Notes under the pieces: model-generated
What the model was told of the DNA's origin: nothing
What the model saw: only the letters and a program-made list of their open reading frames with translations
Databases searched by the model: none
DNA from: Candidatus Kuenenbacteria bacterium RIFCSPHIGHO2_02_FULL_39_13
Lineage (GTDB): Bacteria; Patescibacteriota; Patescibacteriia; UBA2196; GWA2-42-15
NCBI GenBank assembly: GCA_001783595.1
Contig: MFMW01000029.1
Location: forward strand, 1-53,546
Length of the DNA: 53,546 bases
Direction: 5' to 3'
Part shown: positions 18,048-27,747 of the stretch, piece after piece
Layout: every line of letters starts with the position of its first letter
How positions within the stretch are numbered: the stretch's first letter is position 1
Made by a program: the position numbers and the translations under genes

Positions 18048-18251
18048 ATGAGAAACATTTTAAAGGTCAAACGGTGGGAGTCCGGTCTGAAACAGTACGA
18101 GCTGGCATTCTTGCTCGGCTGCAGCTCGACCTATCTCTCATTGGTTGAAAATAATCGTGTTGAAGCAACGATGGATTTCAAACGAAAAGCCGCGGAGATT
18201 TTTGGAATGACTCCTGATGAAATATGGCTGGTAAAAAAACGCCGCGGCTAA
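18048..18251 (+). CDS. XRE/Cro-family helix-turn-helix protein
   Basis: GLKQYELAFLLGCSSTYLSLVENN; AGGAGG upstream. Confidence 0.88.
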   Translation: MRNILKVKRWESGLKQYELAFLLGCSSTYLSLVENNRVEATMDFKRKAAEIFGMTPDEIWLVKKRRG

Positions 18252-18256
18252 AACAT

Positions 18257-18291
18257 GTCCTGACAGATGGGATTTATCTGTCAGGACTTTT
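18257..18291 (+). terminator. Intrinsic terminator
   Basis: GTCCTGACAGAT/ATCTGTCAGGAC plus TTTT. Confidence 0.85.
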
Positions 18292-18371
18292 ATTTATCTA
18301 AATTTTGTGATATTATAAGGCAAGACAGAAATTTAATTAAGGGTTAGGCAATTTAAAACCGAATAATATAC

Positions 18372-20840
18372 ATGAATAATATTTTCAACAAATTCACCAC
18401 CCATTACAAAAAATCCATCATTGGCGCTTATGGGTTGTCTTTGGCAGCCAAAAAAAAGGAAATCGGTCTGGAAGAACTTTTTTGGGCGCTCTTAAGTGAA
18501 AAGGGGTCTTTGGGCCAGGAAACTTTACGTCAGGCCGGCATTAAAGAACAGACAAGAAGCAATAACGAGCTGTTGCCAGAACAAATTTCTTGGCAGCAAA
18601 TTATGCAATCAAAAGAAACAATCCCTTTGTCCATGGGAGTAAAGAAAGCCATAATAGATTCAGCTAGAATCGCGGCCATTTATGAGCACAGCTACATCGG
18701 CACAGAACATCTGCTTTATAGTTTGCTGGCCTCACAAGATAAAAAAATAAATATTATTTTAAATGGCTATCAGCTGAACAGGGAGGAACTTTTAAAAAGA
18801 ATTAAAGTGGTTTTAAGTTCAACTTCAAAATTTTCTGAATTAAGCGATATGGTCAGTTCAGTCAAGGAACGTTTGGATAAAAAAAAGCAAGACGGGAAAA
18901 GGAGAGATTCAATCCTTGATTTTTTTGGCACTGATTTAACCAATGAAACAGTGCAAAAAAATATCAATCCGGTGATCGGCAGAGTTGATGAAATCAATCG
19001 GGTGATCCAGATTTTATCGCGCCGCGATAAAAACAATCCGATACTTTTGGGCGAGCCGGGAGTGGGCAAGACGGCTATTGTTGAAGGACTGGCTAAAAAA
19101 ATAATGCTGGGCGACGTGCCTGATATTCTGCTGAACAAAAAAATATACGCGCTTGATATGCCGTTACTCGTAGCTGGCACCAGTTACCGCGGTGAATTTG
19201 AAGCGCGCATAAAACAAATTGTTGACGAGGCAAAAAGAAATGAGGACATTATTTTATTTATAGACGAACTGCATAATATTATGGGAGCCGGTTCGGCTTC
19301 AGGCGCCATGGACGCTGCCAATATCTTAAAGCCGGCTATGGCGCGAGGCGAGATCCACTGTATCGGGGCAACGACTTATGATGATTTTAAAAAATATATT
19401 GAGCAGGACAAAGCGCTCGCGCGCCGCATGCAAAAAGTAATGATTAATGAGCCAAGCGCGCAAGACTCAATAAAAATTCTCAAGGGCATTAAACAATCCT
19501 ATGAAAAACATCATTTACTGGCAATTAGCGATGAGGCGGTTGAAGCGGCCGTTGCTTTATCCAGCCGCTATTTAACCGACCAATTTTTGCCTGACAAAGC
19601 AATTGATCTGATTGATGAAGCTGCCAGTAAAAAAAGGATTAATCGGCCGAAAAATAAAAATACGGTTAAGCTCTCGGAATTAGAAAAAGAACTGGTTAAA
19701 ATTACCAAGGAAAAAAATATGTTGACTGCCCAAGGCGAATACAACGAGGCTTTAAAATTTAAGGCAAAAGAAGTGGAAATAGTGAGCAAAATCTATAAAC
19801 TAGAGGAAGAGAATGCAAAAAACAAGCTGCCAATGGATGCGGAGCTGGCTGATAATGAGAAAATTACAGCCAGCGACATTCGCGAAATTATCAGCCAAAT
19901 GACTAAAATAAATATCCCTGACAGCCAAAAAGCAACGGATATTATCAAGGACCTGGAAAAAAATTTAAAAAATAAAATTGTCGGGCAAGACGAGGCAATC
20001 GCACAGCTGGTCAGCACCTTAAAAAGATCAACGGCCGGGCTGGCTGGAGAGCGTCGCCCCTTGGGCTCATTTATTTTAGCCGGGCCGTCTGGCGTGGGAA
20101 AAACTTACAGCGCAAAAATATTAGCTGAAATAATGTCGCCTGACAGAGAAGGTCTGATTAAACTTGATATGAGCGAGTTTGGCGAAAAATTCAATGCCAG
20201 CAAACTCATTGGCGCGCCAGCCGGCTATGTGGGCTATGAGGAAGGCGGGCTGTTAACGGAAAAGGTGAAAAGAAATCCTTACGCGGTCATACTTTTAGAT
20301 GAAATAGAAAAAGCTCATGCGGATATTTTTAATTTGTTTCTGCAGATTTTTGAGGACGGCTATTTGACTGACAGCAAAGGCCGGCTGGTAAATTTTCGCA
20401 ATACAATAATCATTATGACCACTAATATCGGCGTGTCTAAAGCCAGTGAAAAAGGAATGATCGGTTTTGGCGAAAAAGACTCTGCGGAAAATGACTTTAA
20501 AGAAAAACTGGCTGAATGGATGAGACCGGAGCTCTTAAATAGAATTGATCAGATCTTGGTGTTTAACATGCTGACTGACGGCGATCTGGCTAAAATTATT
20601 GAATTGGAATTAATTGATATTAATAATAATCTAGCCAGTCGTAATTTAGCGATAAAATGGAGCAAGGAAGTTGTTGATTATCTGCTCAAAAAATGCGCGG
20701 GCAAAGACCAGGGCGCAAGAATTATCAGAGCGGTGCTGCGCGAGAAAATTGAAAATCAGCTGGCGGACAGGATTTTATCAAAAGCTCCTGGTGGCGAGAT
20801 AAACATTAAAGTCAAAGATGATAAAATTATATTGGCGTAA
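18372..20840 (+). CDS. clpC: ATP-dependent Clp protease ATPase subunit (ClpC-type)
   Basis: Clp N-domain (YIGTEHLL), two AAA modules (GEPGVGKT, GPSGVGKT), UVR-like middle domain, IGF loop. Confidence 0.92.
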   Translation: MNNIFNKFTTHYKKSIIGAYGLSLAAKKKEIGLEELFWALLSEKGSLGQETLRQAGIKEQTRSNNELLPEQISWQQIMQSKETIPLSMGVKKAIIDSARIAAIYEHSYIGTEHLLYSLLASQDKKINIILNGYQLNREELLKRIKVVLSSTSKFSELSDMVSSVKERLDKKKQDGKRRDSILDFFGTDLTNETVQKNINPVIGRVDEINRVIQILSRRDKNNPILLGEPGVGKTAIVEGLAKKIMLGDVPDILLNKKIYALDMPLLVAGTSYRGEFEARIKQIVDEAKRNEDIILFIDELHNIMGAGSASGAMDAANILKPAMARGEIHCIGATTYDDFKKYIEQDKALARRMQKVMINEPSAQDSIKILKGIKQSYEKHHLLAISDEAVEAAVALSSRYLTDQFLPDKAIDLIDEAASKKRINRPKNKNTVKLSELEKELVKITKEKNMLTAQGEYNEALKFKAKEVEIVSKIYKLEEENAKNKLPMDAELADNEKITASDIREIISQMTKINIPDSQKATDIIKDLEKNLKNKIVGQDEAIAQLVSTLKRSTAGLAGERRPLGSFILAGPSGVGKTYSAKILAEIMSPDREGLIKLDMSEFGEKFNASKLIGAPAGYVGYEEGGLLTEKVKRNPYAVILLDEIEKAHADIFNLFLQIFEDGYLTDSKGRLVNFRNTIIIMTTNIGVSKASEKGMIGFGEKDSAENDFKEKLAEWMRPELLNRIDQILVFNMLTDGDLAKIIELELIDINNNLASRNLAIKWSKEVVDYLLKKCAGKDQGARIIRAVLREKIENQLADRILSKAPGGEINIKVKDDKIILA

Positions 20841-21564
20841 AATTTATAAATTTTTCTTAGATATTTTATTTCCCATAGAATGCGTTGGCTGCGGCCAAGA
20901 AGACCTCTGGCTGTGCGAGCAATGTTTAGCAACTATTAAATTAAAAGAAATTGACAGCTGCCCGGCATGCAAAAAAATTTCAAGTTTCGGCAAGACGCAC
21001 AGCTGGTGCCGCGAGCAGACAAGCTTGGATGGCATGATTGTGGCCGCTTCATTTGACAACAAATTATTGCGGAACACAATCCATAAATATAAATACAATT
21101 TTATCAAAGAACTGGCAACTCCCCTGTCAATGATTTTAATCAATAAAATTATGGAGCTTGATAAAAAAGAAGATAAGCCCAACTGGGTAAATCTTCTTTT
21201 TAGTTCAGACTTAATATTATTGCCAATACCTTTGCATAAAAGGCGGTTGCGCTGGCGGGATTTTAATCAGGCGGAAATGTTGTCAAAAAAATTAGCCGGC
21301 AATTTTTATCTCAATCATCGGCCGTATATTTTAAAAAGAAAAAGATATACCACGGCGCAAACTGAATTAAAGCGAGAGCAAAGATTTGATAACATTAAAA
21401 ATGCTTTTCAGGTGACAAAAGAATGGCAAGACAAATTAAAAAACGCCAAAATTCTTTTGGTGGATGATGTGGCTACTACCGGGGCAACTTTGAATGAATG
21501 CGGCCGGACATTAAAAGAACGCGGGGCAAGGGAAGTCTGGGGACTGGTCTTGGCCAGAGGATAA
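20818..21564 (+). CDS. comF: ComF family protein (zinc ribbon plus PRTase)
   Basis: CxxC pairs, PIPLH, FNQAE, LLVDDVATTGATL. Confidence 0.93.
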   Translation: MIKLYWRKIYKFFLDILFPIECVGCGQEDLWLCEQCLATIKLKEIDSCPACKKISSFGKTHSWCREQTSLDGMIVAASFDNKLLRNTIHKYKYNFIKELATPLSMILINKIMELDKKEDKPNWVNLLFSSDLILLPIPLHKRRLRWRDFNQAEMLSKKLAGNFYLNHRPYILKRKRYTTAQTELKREQRFDNIKNAFQVTKEWQDKLKNAKILLVDDVATTGATLNECGRTLKERGAREVWGLVLARG

Positions 21565-21571
21565 TAACTGA

Positions 21572-21596
21572 AAATTTTAAATTTTAAATTTTAAAT
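21572..21596. repeat. Heptamer tandem (AAATTTT) x3.5 between convergent genes
   Basis: aaatttt-aaatttt-aaatttt-aaat. Confidence 0.55.
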
Positions 21597-22061
21597 GCTA
21601 ATTTTTCTTTGATTGTCTTTTTTGCCAATACTAAATTTTATCCAGATAGTATTCTTGGGCATTATTTTTCTGATTTTATCCGCCCATTCAACAACAATGA
21701 TATTATTCTTATCGCTAACTAATTCCCGCCAGCCAATATCTGCTAATTCTTCAGGACTGGATAACCTATAACAATCAACATGGATAAGTTGTAAGTCGTT
21801 AGTTGTTAGTTGCCCGCCTGCCAGCGCCTGAGCGCAGCGATGGCGAGCAGGCAAGTTGTAAGTTTTTAAAAGCACAAATGTCGGGCTGGTGATATTGTTT
21901 TTGATTCCTAGTCCTTGAGCTAACCCCTTGACAAACTGCGTCTTGCCAGCGCCGAGTTTGCCAACTAAACCAATAATCGTGCCTGCTTTTAATTGAGCGA
22001 CAAATTTTTTACCAAAATTAATGGTTTCTTTTTCAGAATTGGTAATAATGATTTTGGACAT
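21591..22061 (-). CDS. tsaE: tRNA threonylcarbamoyladenosine biosynthesis ATPase, with an internal insertion
   Basis: GKLGAGKT, SPTF, HVDCYRL, VVEWAD. Confidence 0.95.
   Translation of the reverse strand: MSKIIITNSEKETINFGKKFVAQLKAGTIIGLVGKLGAGKTQFVKGLAQGLGIKNNITSPTFVLLKTYNLPARHRCAQALAGGQLTTNDLQLIHVDCYRLSSPEELADIGWRELVSDKNNIIVVEWADKIRKIMPKNTIWIKFSIGKKDNQRKISI
21786..21864. repeat. Heptamer array interrupted by a GC-rich palindrome, in frame in tsaE
   Basis: (A/T)AGTTGT-type units flank TGCCCGCCTGCCAGCGC...GCGATGGCGAGCAGGCA (21811-21853). Confidence 0.85.
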
Positions 22062-22090
22062 AACAGCTGATGATGAATTTCATCAGGCTT

Positions 22091-22705
22091 TTAAAATATA
22101 AACTTGCCTGTGATCAAATGAAATATCCGAGTGATGATGGGGACGATTAGGCCAAAAAAGTAAAAGATAAATAAAAGCAAGATAATGAAGCCAAAACGTT
22201 CAAGATTTATTTTCAGTCTTGCCATTGAATCTGGCAAGACTGCGAAAAGAATTTTGGAGCCGTCAAGCGGCGGGATAGGCACAAGATTAAAAACCATCAG
22301 CAGAATATTGGCATAAGCAATAATGGCTAAAAGCGAGGCGAATTCTGAATAGGGCAGAAAACGGACTAACAGGCCAAAAAAAATAGCGGCAATAAGATTG
22401 GCTGCCGGGCCGGCAAGACCAACCAAAGCCGGCCCCCACTTTTGGTTTTTTAAGTTATAGGGATTATAGGGAACTGGCTTGGCATAAGCGAACATAAATG
22501 AACCGTGAGAAAAGAGCAATAATAAAACGGGCATCAAAATTGTGCCCCAGATGTCAATATGAGCCATGGGGTTGAGAGTCAGCCGTCCGGCATTTCTGGC
22601 TGTCGGGTCGCCCATTTGATCCGCTGCCCAGCCATGAGCATATTCATGAATAATGGCTGAAGGAATGATGATGAGAAAAAAGAAAAGCAATTGCGCAAAC
22701 TGCAT
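22091..22705 (-). CDS. Site-2 protease family (M50) membrane metalloprotease
   Basis: HEYAH, GDPTARNAGRLTLNP, AGPAAN, FNLVPIPPLDG. Confidence 0.93.
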   Translation of the reverse strand: MQFAQLLFFFLIIIPSAIIHEYAHGWAADQMGDPTARNAGRLTLNPMAHIDIWGTILMPVLLLLFSHGSFMFAYAKPVPYNPYNLKNQKWGPALVGLAGPAANLIAAIFFGLLVRFLPYSEFASLLAIIAYANILLMVFNLVPIPPLDGSKILFAVLPDSMARLKINLERFGFIILLLFIFYFFGLIVPIITRIFHLITGKFIF

Positions 22706-22712
22706 AAATAAT

Positions 22713-22740
22713 TTGACATTTAATAGTTATATGGTATTAT
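22713..22740 (+). promoter_or_regulatory. Putative sigma70 promoter of rpmB
   Basis: TTGACA-16 bp-TATTAT with extended -10 TG. Confidence 0.6.
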
Positions 22741-22768
22741 AATCTAAATAATTGATTTAATCAACCTT

Positions 22769-22945
22769 ATGTCAAGAATTTGCGATATGTGCGGCCGCGG
22801 TCCGCAAAAATCCATTCAAAGATCCCATGCGAATAATAAAACAATCATTCGCAAATTTATTAATTTGCAAGCCAGAACTATTAATGGCAAAAAAAAGAAA
22901 GTTTGTACAAGGTGTTTAAGGACAATGAAGAAAAAGATGGCTTAA
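22769..22945 (+). CDS. rpmB: 50S ribosomal protein L28, Cys-containing form, 58 aa (not in the ORF track)
   Basis: MSRICDMCGRGPQKSIQRSHANNKTIIRKFINLQ...KVCTRCLRT. Confidence 0.95.
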   Translation: MSRICDMCGRGPQKSIQRSHANNKTIIRKFINLQARTINGKKKKVCTRCLRTMKKKMA

Positions 22946-22969
22946 ATAACTTGATGATTTTTTAATCAG

Positions 22970-22999
22970 GCACCCCGACTTTACGTCAAGGGTGTTTTT
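22970..22999 (+). terminator. Intrinsic terminator after rpmB
   Basis: CACCCCGAC-TTTAC-GTCAAGGGTG plus TTTTT. Confidence 0.7.
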
Positions 23000-23025
23000 G
23001 CGTGATTTGTGGTAAAATATTAAAT

Positions 23026-23904
23026 ATGGCGAAAGAATGCTATTTATATAAAAAATTGAATAATAACTTGGTGCAATGCGAAACTTGCGCGCATCAGTGT
23101 AAAATCGCCCTTGGCCAAAGGGGCATTTGCGGCGTGCGGGAAAATCAAGCTGGCAAATTGCTGGCGCTAAATTATGGCCGGGCAGTGGCAGCGCATGTTG
23201 ATCCCATTGAAAAAAAGCCGCTTTATCATTTTTTGCCTGGCACGGACACTTATTCCATTGCTACCGCGGGATGTAATTTTCGCTGTCGGCATTGTCAAAA
23301 TTATGATATCTCTCAATATACAAAAAAATGGCCATGTGAAATTATTGGGCAAGAGCTTTTACCAAAGGCAGTAGTAAAAAATGCGCTTGAGCTGCGCTGT
23401 CCGTCAATTTCATATACTTATACTGAACCAACAATTTTTTTAGAATATGCCTTGGATACCATGAAGCTAGCGTGCGACAAGGGCTTAAAAAATATCTGGG
23501 TGTCAAACGGCTATATGAGTGATCAGACTCTTGAATTAATAATCCCCTATTTAGACGCGGCTAATATTGATTTAAAAAGTTTTTCAGATAAATTTTACCG
23601 GGAAATTTGCCAAGCAAAGCTTGAACCAGTCCTGAATAATTTGATTAAAATCAAAAAAAGTGGTGTTCATTTAGAAATTACCACTTTAATAATCCCGGCT
23701 TATAATGATTCAGAGAAAGAATTAAAACAAATTGCTGAATTCATATTTAATAAATTAGGGGCTGATGCGCCTTGGCATGTGAGCGCTTTCTATCCCACTT
23801 TTAAAATGACTGCCGTGCCGGCTACCCCAAGGGAAAAAGTATTGCAAGCTGTGGAGATTGGAAAAAAGGCTGGACTTAAGTTCGTCCATCCGGGCAATAT
23901 TTAA
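23026..23904 (+). CDS. amrS: AmmeMemoRadiSam system radical SAM enzyme
   Basis: CETCAHQC...GICGVR, DPIEKKPLYHF, CNFRCRHC, YTYTEPT; start at MAKEC. Confidence 0.92.
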   Translation: MAKECYLYKKLNNNLVQCETCAHQCKIALGQRGICGVRENQAGKLLALNYGRAVAAHVDPIEKKPLYHFLPGTDTYSIATAGCNFRCRHCQNYDISQYTKKWPCEIIGQELLPKAVVKNALELRCPSISYTYTEPTIFLEYALDTMKLACDKGLKNIWVSNGYMSDQTLELIIPYLDAANIDLKSFSDKFYREICQAKLEPVLNNLIKIKKSGVHLEITTLIIPAYNDSEKELKQIAEFIFNKLGADAPWHVSAFYPTFKMTAVPATPREKVLQAVEIGKKAGLKFVHPGNI

Positions 23905-25436
23905 AGCGCGCTGGTTAAATATCTTTGATAATTTTCACTCCTTTGCCAGACATTGGCCGGAATAGTCGGGTGAACGGCGCGCGGTCCGTTTTTAATTGTG
24001 TCAACAATTTCAGGCAAAGAATAACCGCCATAAATATAACTGTCAGCAAGGGTCTGGAAACTTTGGCTATTCATTGAAAAAGAATCTTGAACCAGATATT
24101 CTTTTAATAATTTCTCAAAGTCAGCGATTTGCTCATTTTCTTGATTAAAATTATGCCTGAATTGGCCATAAACTTGAATTGAGACACTGGCGCCAAGAAC
24201 TATGCCTTTGTCTGGCAAATAACTGTAATCGCCTGATTTGTCTAAATTAAATTTCAAGTCGTTAAATTTAATTGAATCGCCTGTGTTAACTATTGTTATT
24301 TTGCCTTTTTGCGCAACCTCGGGAATATCCCGCATTTTTTTGACATATTGAAATTTCATTTTTTTAAAAGAGGGGTTAAGTAAAGCAAGTTCAGCTAGAT
24401 TGGAAAAAGAAATATCATCATGAAAATCAGGCGACATAGACTTGATGGTTGAATGATATTCAAGGCGATTGGGATATTCTGGATCAGAAAAAAATCTATC
24501 GCCATAAGCATAATTTAAATAAACGGCAAAATCATCATAGCCAAATTTGTAATTTAATAGAGCTGCGCCAAGATAAAATTGAGCGCCCAATCCTGCTGGC
24601 CGATTACCTATCCGCGCTTCAACCATGCCATTCTGAAAAGTAATCAGGCGCAGATTATCCGTCATCTCTTTGGCTTTGATTAAAAATTCAAGCTGGCCGG
24701 TTGCTTGACCATAGCAAGCAAAGGCCAAAGCGGTAATTAAATGATAATGGGGGTTAAATTTCATTGGCCGACCTTCATTATACCAATCGTATTGATCAAC
24801 ATCTTGTTCTAAAACCGTAGTGATTTTATCTTTAATTAAATTATCAAGCTCATTTTTTTTATCCTGATTAATTAATCCTTTTTGATAAAAATTATTAACG
24901 GTTTGCTGCCAATAAACTGCGGAGAGCGCCGCCCGGTTTGAAGTATCCGGAGCAAGAATACCTGCTGCCATACGATCTAAAATCTGCTGGTAAACTCTGT
25001 TAACTTCACTGGAAGTTAGAATAAGAGGGATCTGATCAAGCAAGCTAACCATAGTCATTTGAACCCAGGCATCTGAAAAAGATTGGGTATATAATGGGCG
25101 GGAATTTAGTTCCAGGCTAGCGGCTAAAATTGCCTGTCTGATTTTTTGTCTGGCATATCTCTCGCCTTTGAGGGCGCGGTATTTGTAATAAGTTGCCAGA
25201 CTTAATATTTCTCTGGCTGTTTGAGGAGCTCTAAACTCTGGCACATCGTAATCAGGGGCTTTAAAAATATAGCCATGCTCATCAAAATGCTTTGAATAGC
25301 GATTATAAAAATACGCGACATAACTTTCAAGGGTTTGGGGCTCTGTTTGAGCTTTGGCCGGAATAATAAAAAAACTACCAGAGACAAAAATGGCAATGAT
25401 AGTGAAAATTATTATCTTAATAGTAAATTTGCTCAT
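23901..25436 (-). CDS. Secreted protein with an alpha-helical lyase/hydrolase-like domain and a C-terminal module
   Basis: Signal peptide ending AKA-Q (start 25436); SNRAAL...WYNEG...HYH; the fold call is inference. Confidence 0.7.
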   Translation of the reverse strand: MSKFTIKIIIFTIIAIFVSGSFFIIPAKAQTEPQTLESYVAYFYNRYSKHFDEHGYIFKAPDYDVPEFRAPQTAREILSLATYYKYRALKGERYARQKIRQAILAASLELNSRPLYTQSFSDAWVQMTMVSLLDQIPLILTSSEVNRVYQQILDRMAAGILAPDTSNRAALSAVYWQQTVNNFYQKGLINQDKKNELDNLIKDKITTVLEQDVDQYDWYNEGRPMKFNPHYHLITALAFACYGQATGQLEFLIKAKEMTDNLRLITFQNGMVEARIGNRPAGLGAQFYLGAALLNYKFGYDDFAVYLNYAYGDRFFSDPEYPNRLEYHSTIKSMSPDFHDDISFSNLAELALLNPSFKKMKFQYVKKMRDIPEVAQKGKITIVNTGDSIKFNDLKFNLDKSGDYSYLPDKGIVLGASVSIQVYGQFRHNFNQENEQIADFEKLLKEYLVQDSFSMNSQSFQTLADSYIYGGYSLPEIVDTIKNGPRAVHPTIPANVWQRSENYQRYLTSAL

Positions 25437-25437
25437 C

Positions 25438-26361
25438 TTACTTCCGTTTGAGTAGATAATTATAGGCCGAGAGCGCTGTTTTGACGCCATCGCCTGCGGA
25501 AATGTTGTTTTGTTTGTACTTTTCATCAGTCACATCGCCGGCGGCAAATATGCCTGGGTGGGAAGTAGTTCCAGTTTTATGGTCAATAACTATTTCAGCG
25601 CGCTCATTTAAATCAACTAAATCTTTGACAATTTCAGAATTAGGAACCGCGCCAATTTCCACGAAAACACCCTGGACATCTATGATTTTTTCCTGGCTGG
25701 TTTTTTTATCTCTGTACTTGAGACCAGTGACAAATTGCTCACCGATAATTTCCACCGTTTCAGCATCAAGAATTATTTGTTTTAGTTTTTTTGATTTTTT
25801 TACAGCTTCAATGGTAATTGTATCGCCTCGTAATGCTTCACCATGAGTTAAAAGATAAATTCGAGCGGCGTAAGGAATTAAATCCTGAACTGCTTCAAGG
25901 CCGGCATTGCCGCCGCCCACCACCGCCACTGCTTTGCCGGAAAATAACGGGCCGTCGCAAGTGGAACAATAGACCACGCCCTTGCCGTCAAATTTTTTCT
26001 CGCCAGGGACTTCCAATTTTCTGCGGCGGGCGCCAAGGCAAACAATAATTGCCTTAGTCTGGTATTCATCTTTATTAGTGGTAACTAAAAATTCTTGCCC
26101 AACTTCTTTGACTGCTAAAACTTTTTCCGGCATTTTAATTGCCACGCGCTTTTGGGCGCGCAAATGCTCTTCCAAATTTTTAGCCAAATCCAAACCAGAG
26201 ATTGACTGTGTGCCAATCCAATTTTGAATATTATCAGAAACAAGGGACTGACCGCCAAATTCTTGGGTAATTAACAATGTCTTTAATTTTTTTCTGGCCG
26301 CATAAACTCCAGCAGCCACGCCAGCCGGCCCTCCGCCTAAAATTATTATGTCGTACATCAT
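25438..26361 (-). CDS. trxB: Thioredoxin-disulfide reductase (TrxB/AhpF C-terminal-like)
   Basis: GGGPAG, YCSTCDGPLF, VGGGNAG, GIFAAGD. Confidence 0.9.
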   Translation of the reverse strand: MMYDIIILGGGPAGVAAGVYAARKKLKTLLITQEFGGQSLVSDNIQNWIGTQSISGLDLAKNLEEHLRAQKRVAIKMPEKVLAVKEVGQEFLVTTNKDEYQTKAIIVCLGARRRKLEVPGEKKFDGKGVVYCSTCDGPLFSGKAVAVVGGGNAGLEAVQDLIPYAARIYLLTHGEALRGDTITIEAVKKSKKLKQIILDAETVEIIGEQFVTGLKYRDKKTSQEKIIDVQGVFVEIGAVPNSEIVKDLVDLNERAEIVIDHKTGTTSHPGIFAAGDVTDEKYKQNNISAGDGVKTALSAYNYLLKRK

Positions 26362-26369
26362 ATTTTTAA

Positions 26370-26402
26370 TATTAACCCCTTATTAATAATTGGGGTTAAC
26401 TT
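26370..26402. repeat. 33-bp hairpin repeat, copy 2 (in the trxB leader)
   Basis: Identical to 17311-17343. Confidence 0.9.
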
Positions 26403-26536
26403 AATTTATTTTAGCATATATTTCCTTTTCCAGCAATAATAAATAAAAAGCGCGCAATTGGTCTATTGCCTTTTTGCACTTGCATTATTTTATCTCCTAT
26501 GCTAATTTAAACTAATATAAATTAAGTATCTTATCC

Positions 26537-27007
26537 ATGTCCCAAGAAACAGCCAAGGATTTAAAAGAATATGAAATTCTTTATTTTCTATCTATCAACT
26601 TAAGTCCTGATGAAATTCAGACGGTTAAAGGCAAGATCAATGAGCTAATCGCCAAAGCCGGCGGCGTCATAGTCAGAGAAGATGATCTTGGCAAACGCAA
26701 ATTAGCCTACATGATTAAACGTGCCAGGCATGGCCACTATCTACTTTCTGTTTTTAAAGCTCCAGCGGCTGAAGCAAACTCAATTAATCATGAGCTAGAA
26801 CTCATGCCCGAAATCTTAAGGCACAAGCTAGTGCGCAAAGAAGATATTAAAACTGTCAGCATCAAAGAAGCTGGTGAATACAAAAAAACAAGCGCCAAAC
26901 AGGCGGACCAAGAGGGGCTAAAATCCAAAAGCGACAAAAAAACCAAGGTTGACACTAAAGAGCTGGACAAAAAAATTGATGAGCTCTTGTCTGAAGATAA
27001 CATATAA
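26537..27007 (+). CDS. rpsF: 30S ribosomal protein S6 with a charged C-terminal extension
   Basis: YEILY, LGKRKLAYMIK, ILRH; rpsF-ssb-rpsR synteny. Confidence 0.95.
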   Translation: MSQETAKDLKEYEILYFLSINLSPDEIQTVKGKINELIAKAGGVIVREDDLGKRKLAYMIKRARHGHYLLSVFKAPAAEANSINHELELMPEILRHKLVRKEDIKTVSIKEAGEYKKTSAKQADQEGLKSKSDKKTKVDTKELDKKIDELLSEDNI

Positions 27008-27039
27008 TTTTCTAAAGCTAAGACAACATTACCAATTAA

Positions 27040-27513
<474 letters not shown>

Positions 27514-27523
27514 ATAAATAACT

Positions 27524-27742
27524 ATGAATCAAACCACCACTGATAAACATTGCCACTTCTGCGTCAATCAGCTGGACAAAGTTGACTGGAAAGATATCCC
27601 CACTCTCCAGCGCTTTATGTCGCACTATAACCGCATTGTCCCTGGCAGGCGCACTGGGCTGTGCGCGAAACACCAAAGAAAAGTTACGCGCGCCATTAAA
27701 CGGGCAAGAGAAATGGGCCTAATGCCCTTTGTCAGAAAATAA
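27524..27742 (+). CDS. rpsR: 30S ribosomal protein S18
   Basis: CHFC, VDWKD, TGLCAKHQRKVTRAIKRAR. Confidence 0.96.
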   Translation: MNQTTTDKHCHFCVNQLDKVDWKDIPTLQRFMSHYNRIVPGRRTGLCAKHQRKVTRAIKRAREMGLMPFVRK

Positions 27743-27747
27743 CATTT

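Noticed and set aside
22067..22086. Small CTGATGA/TCATCAG hairpin before tsaE
   Set aside because: Short single-copy stem with no support for a function.
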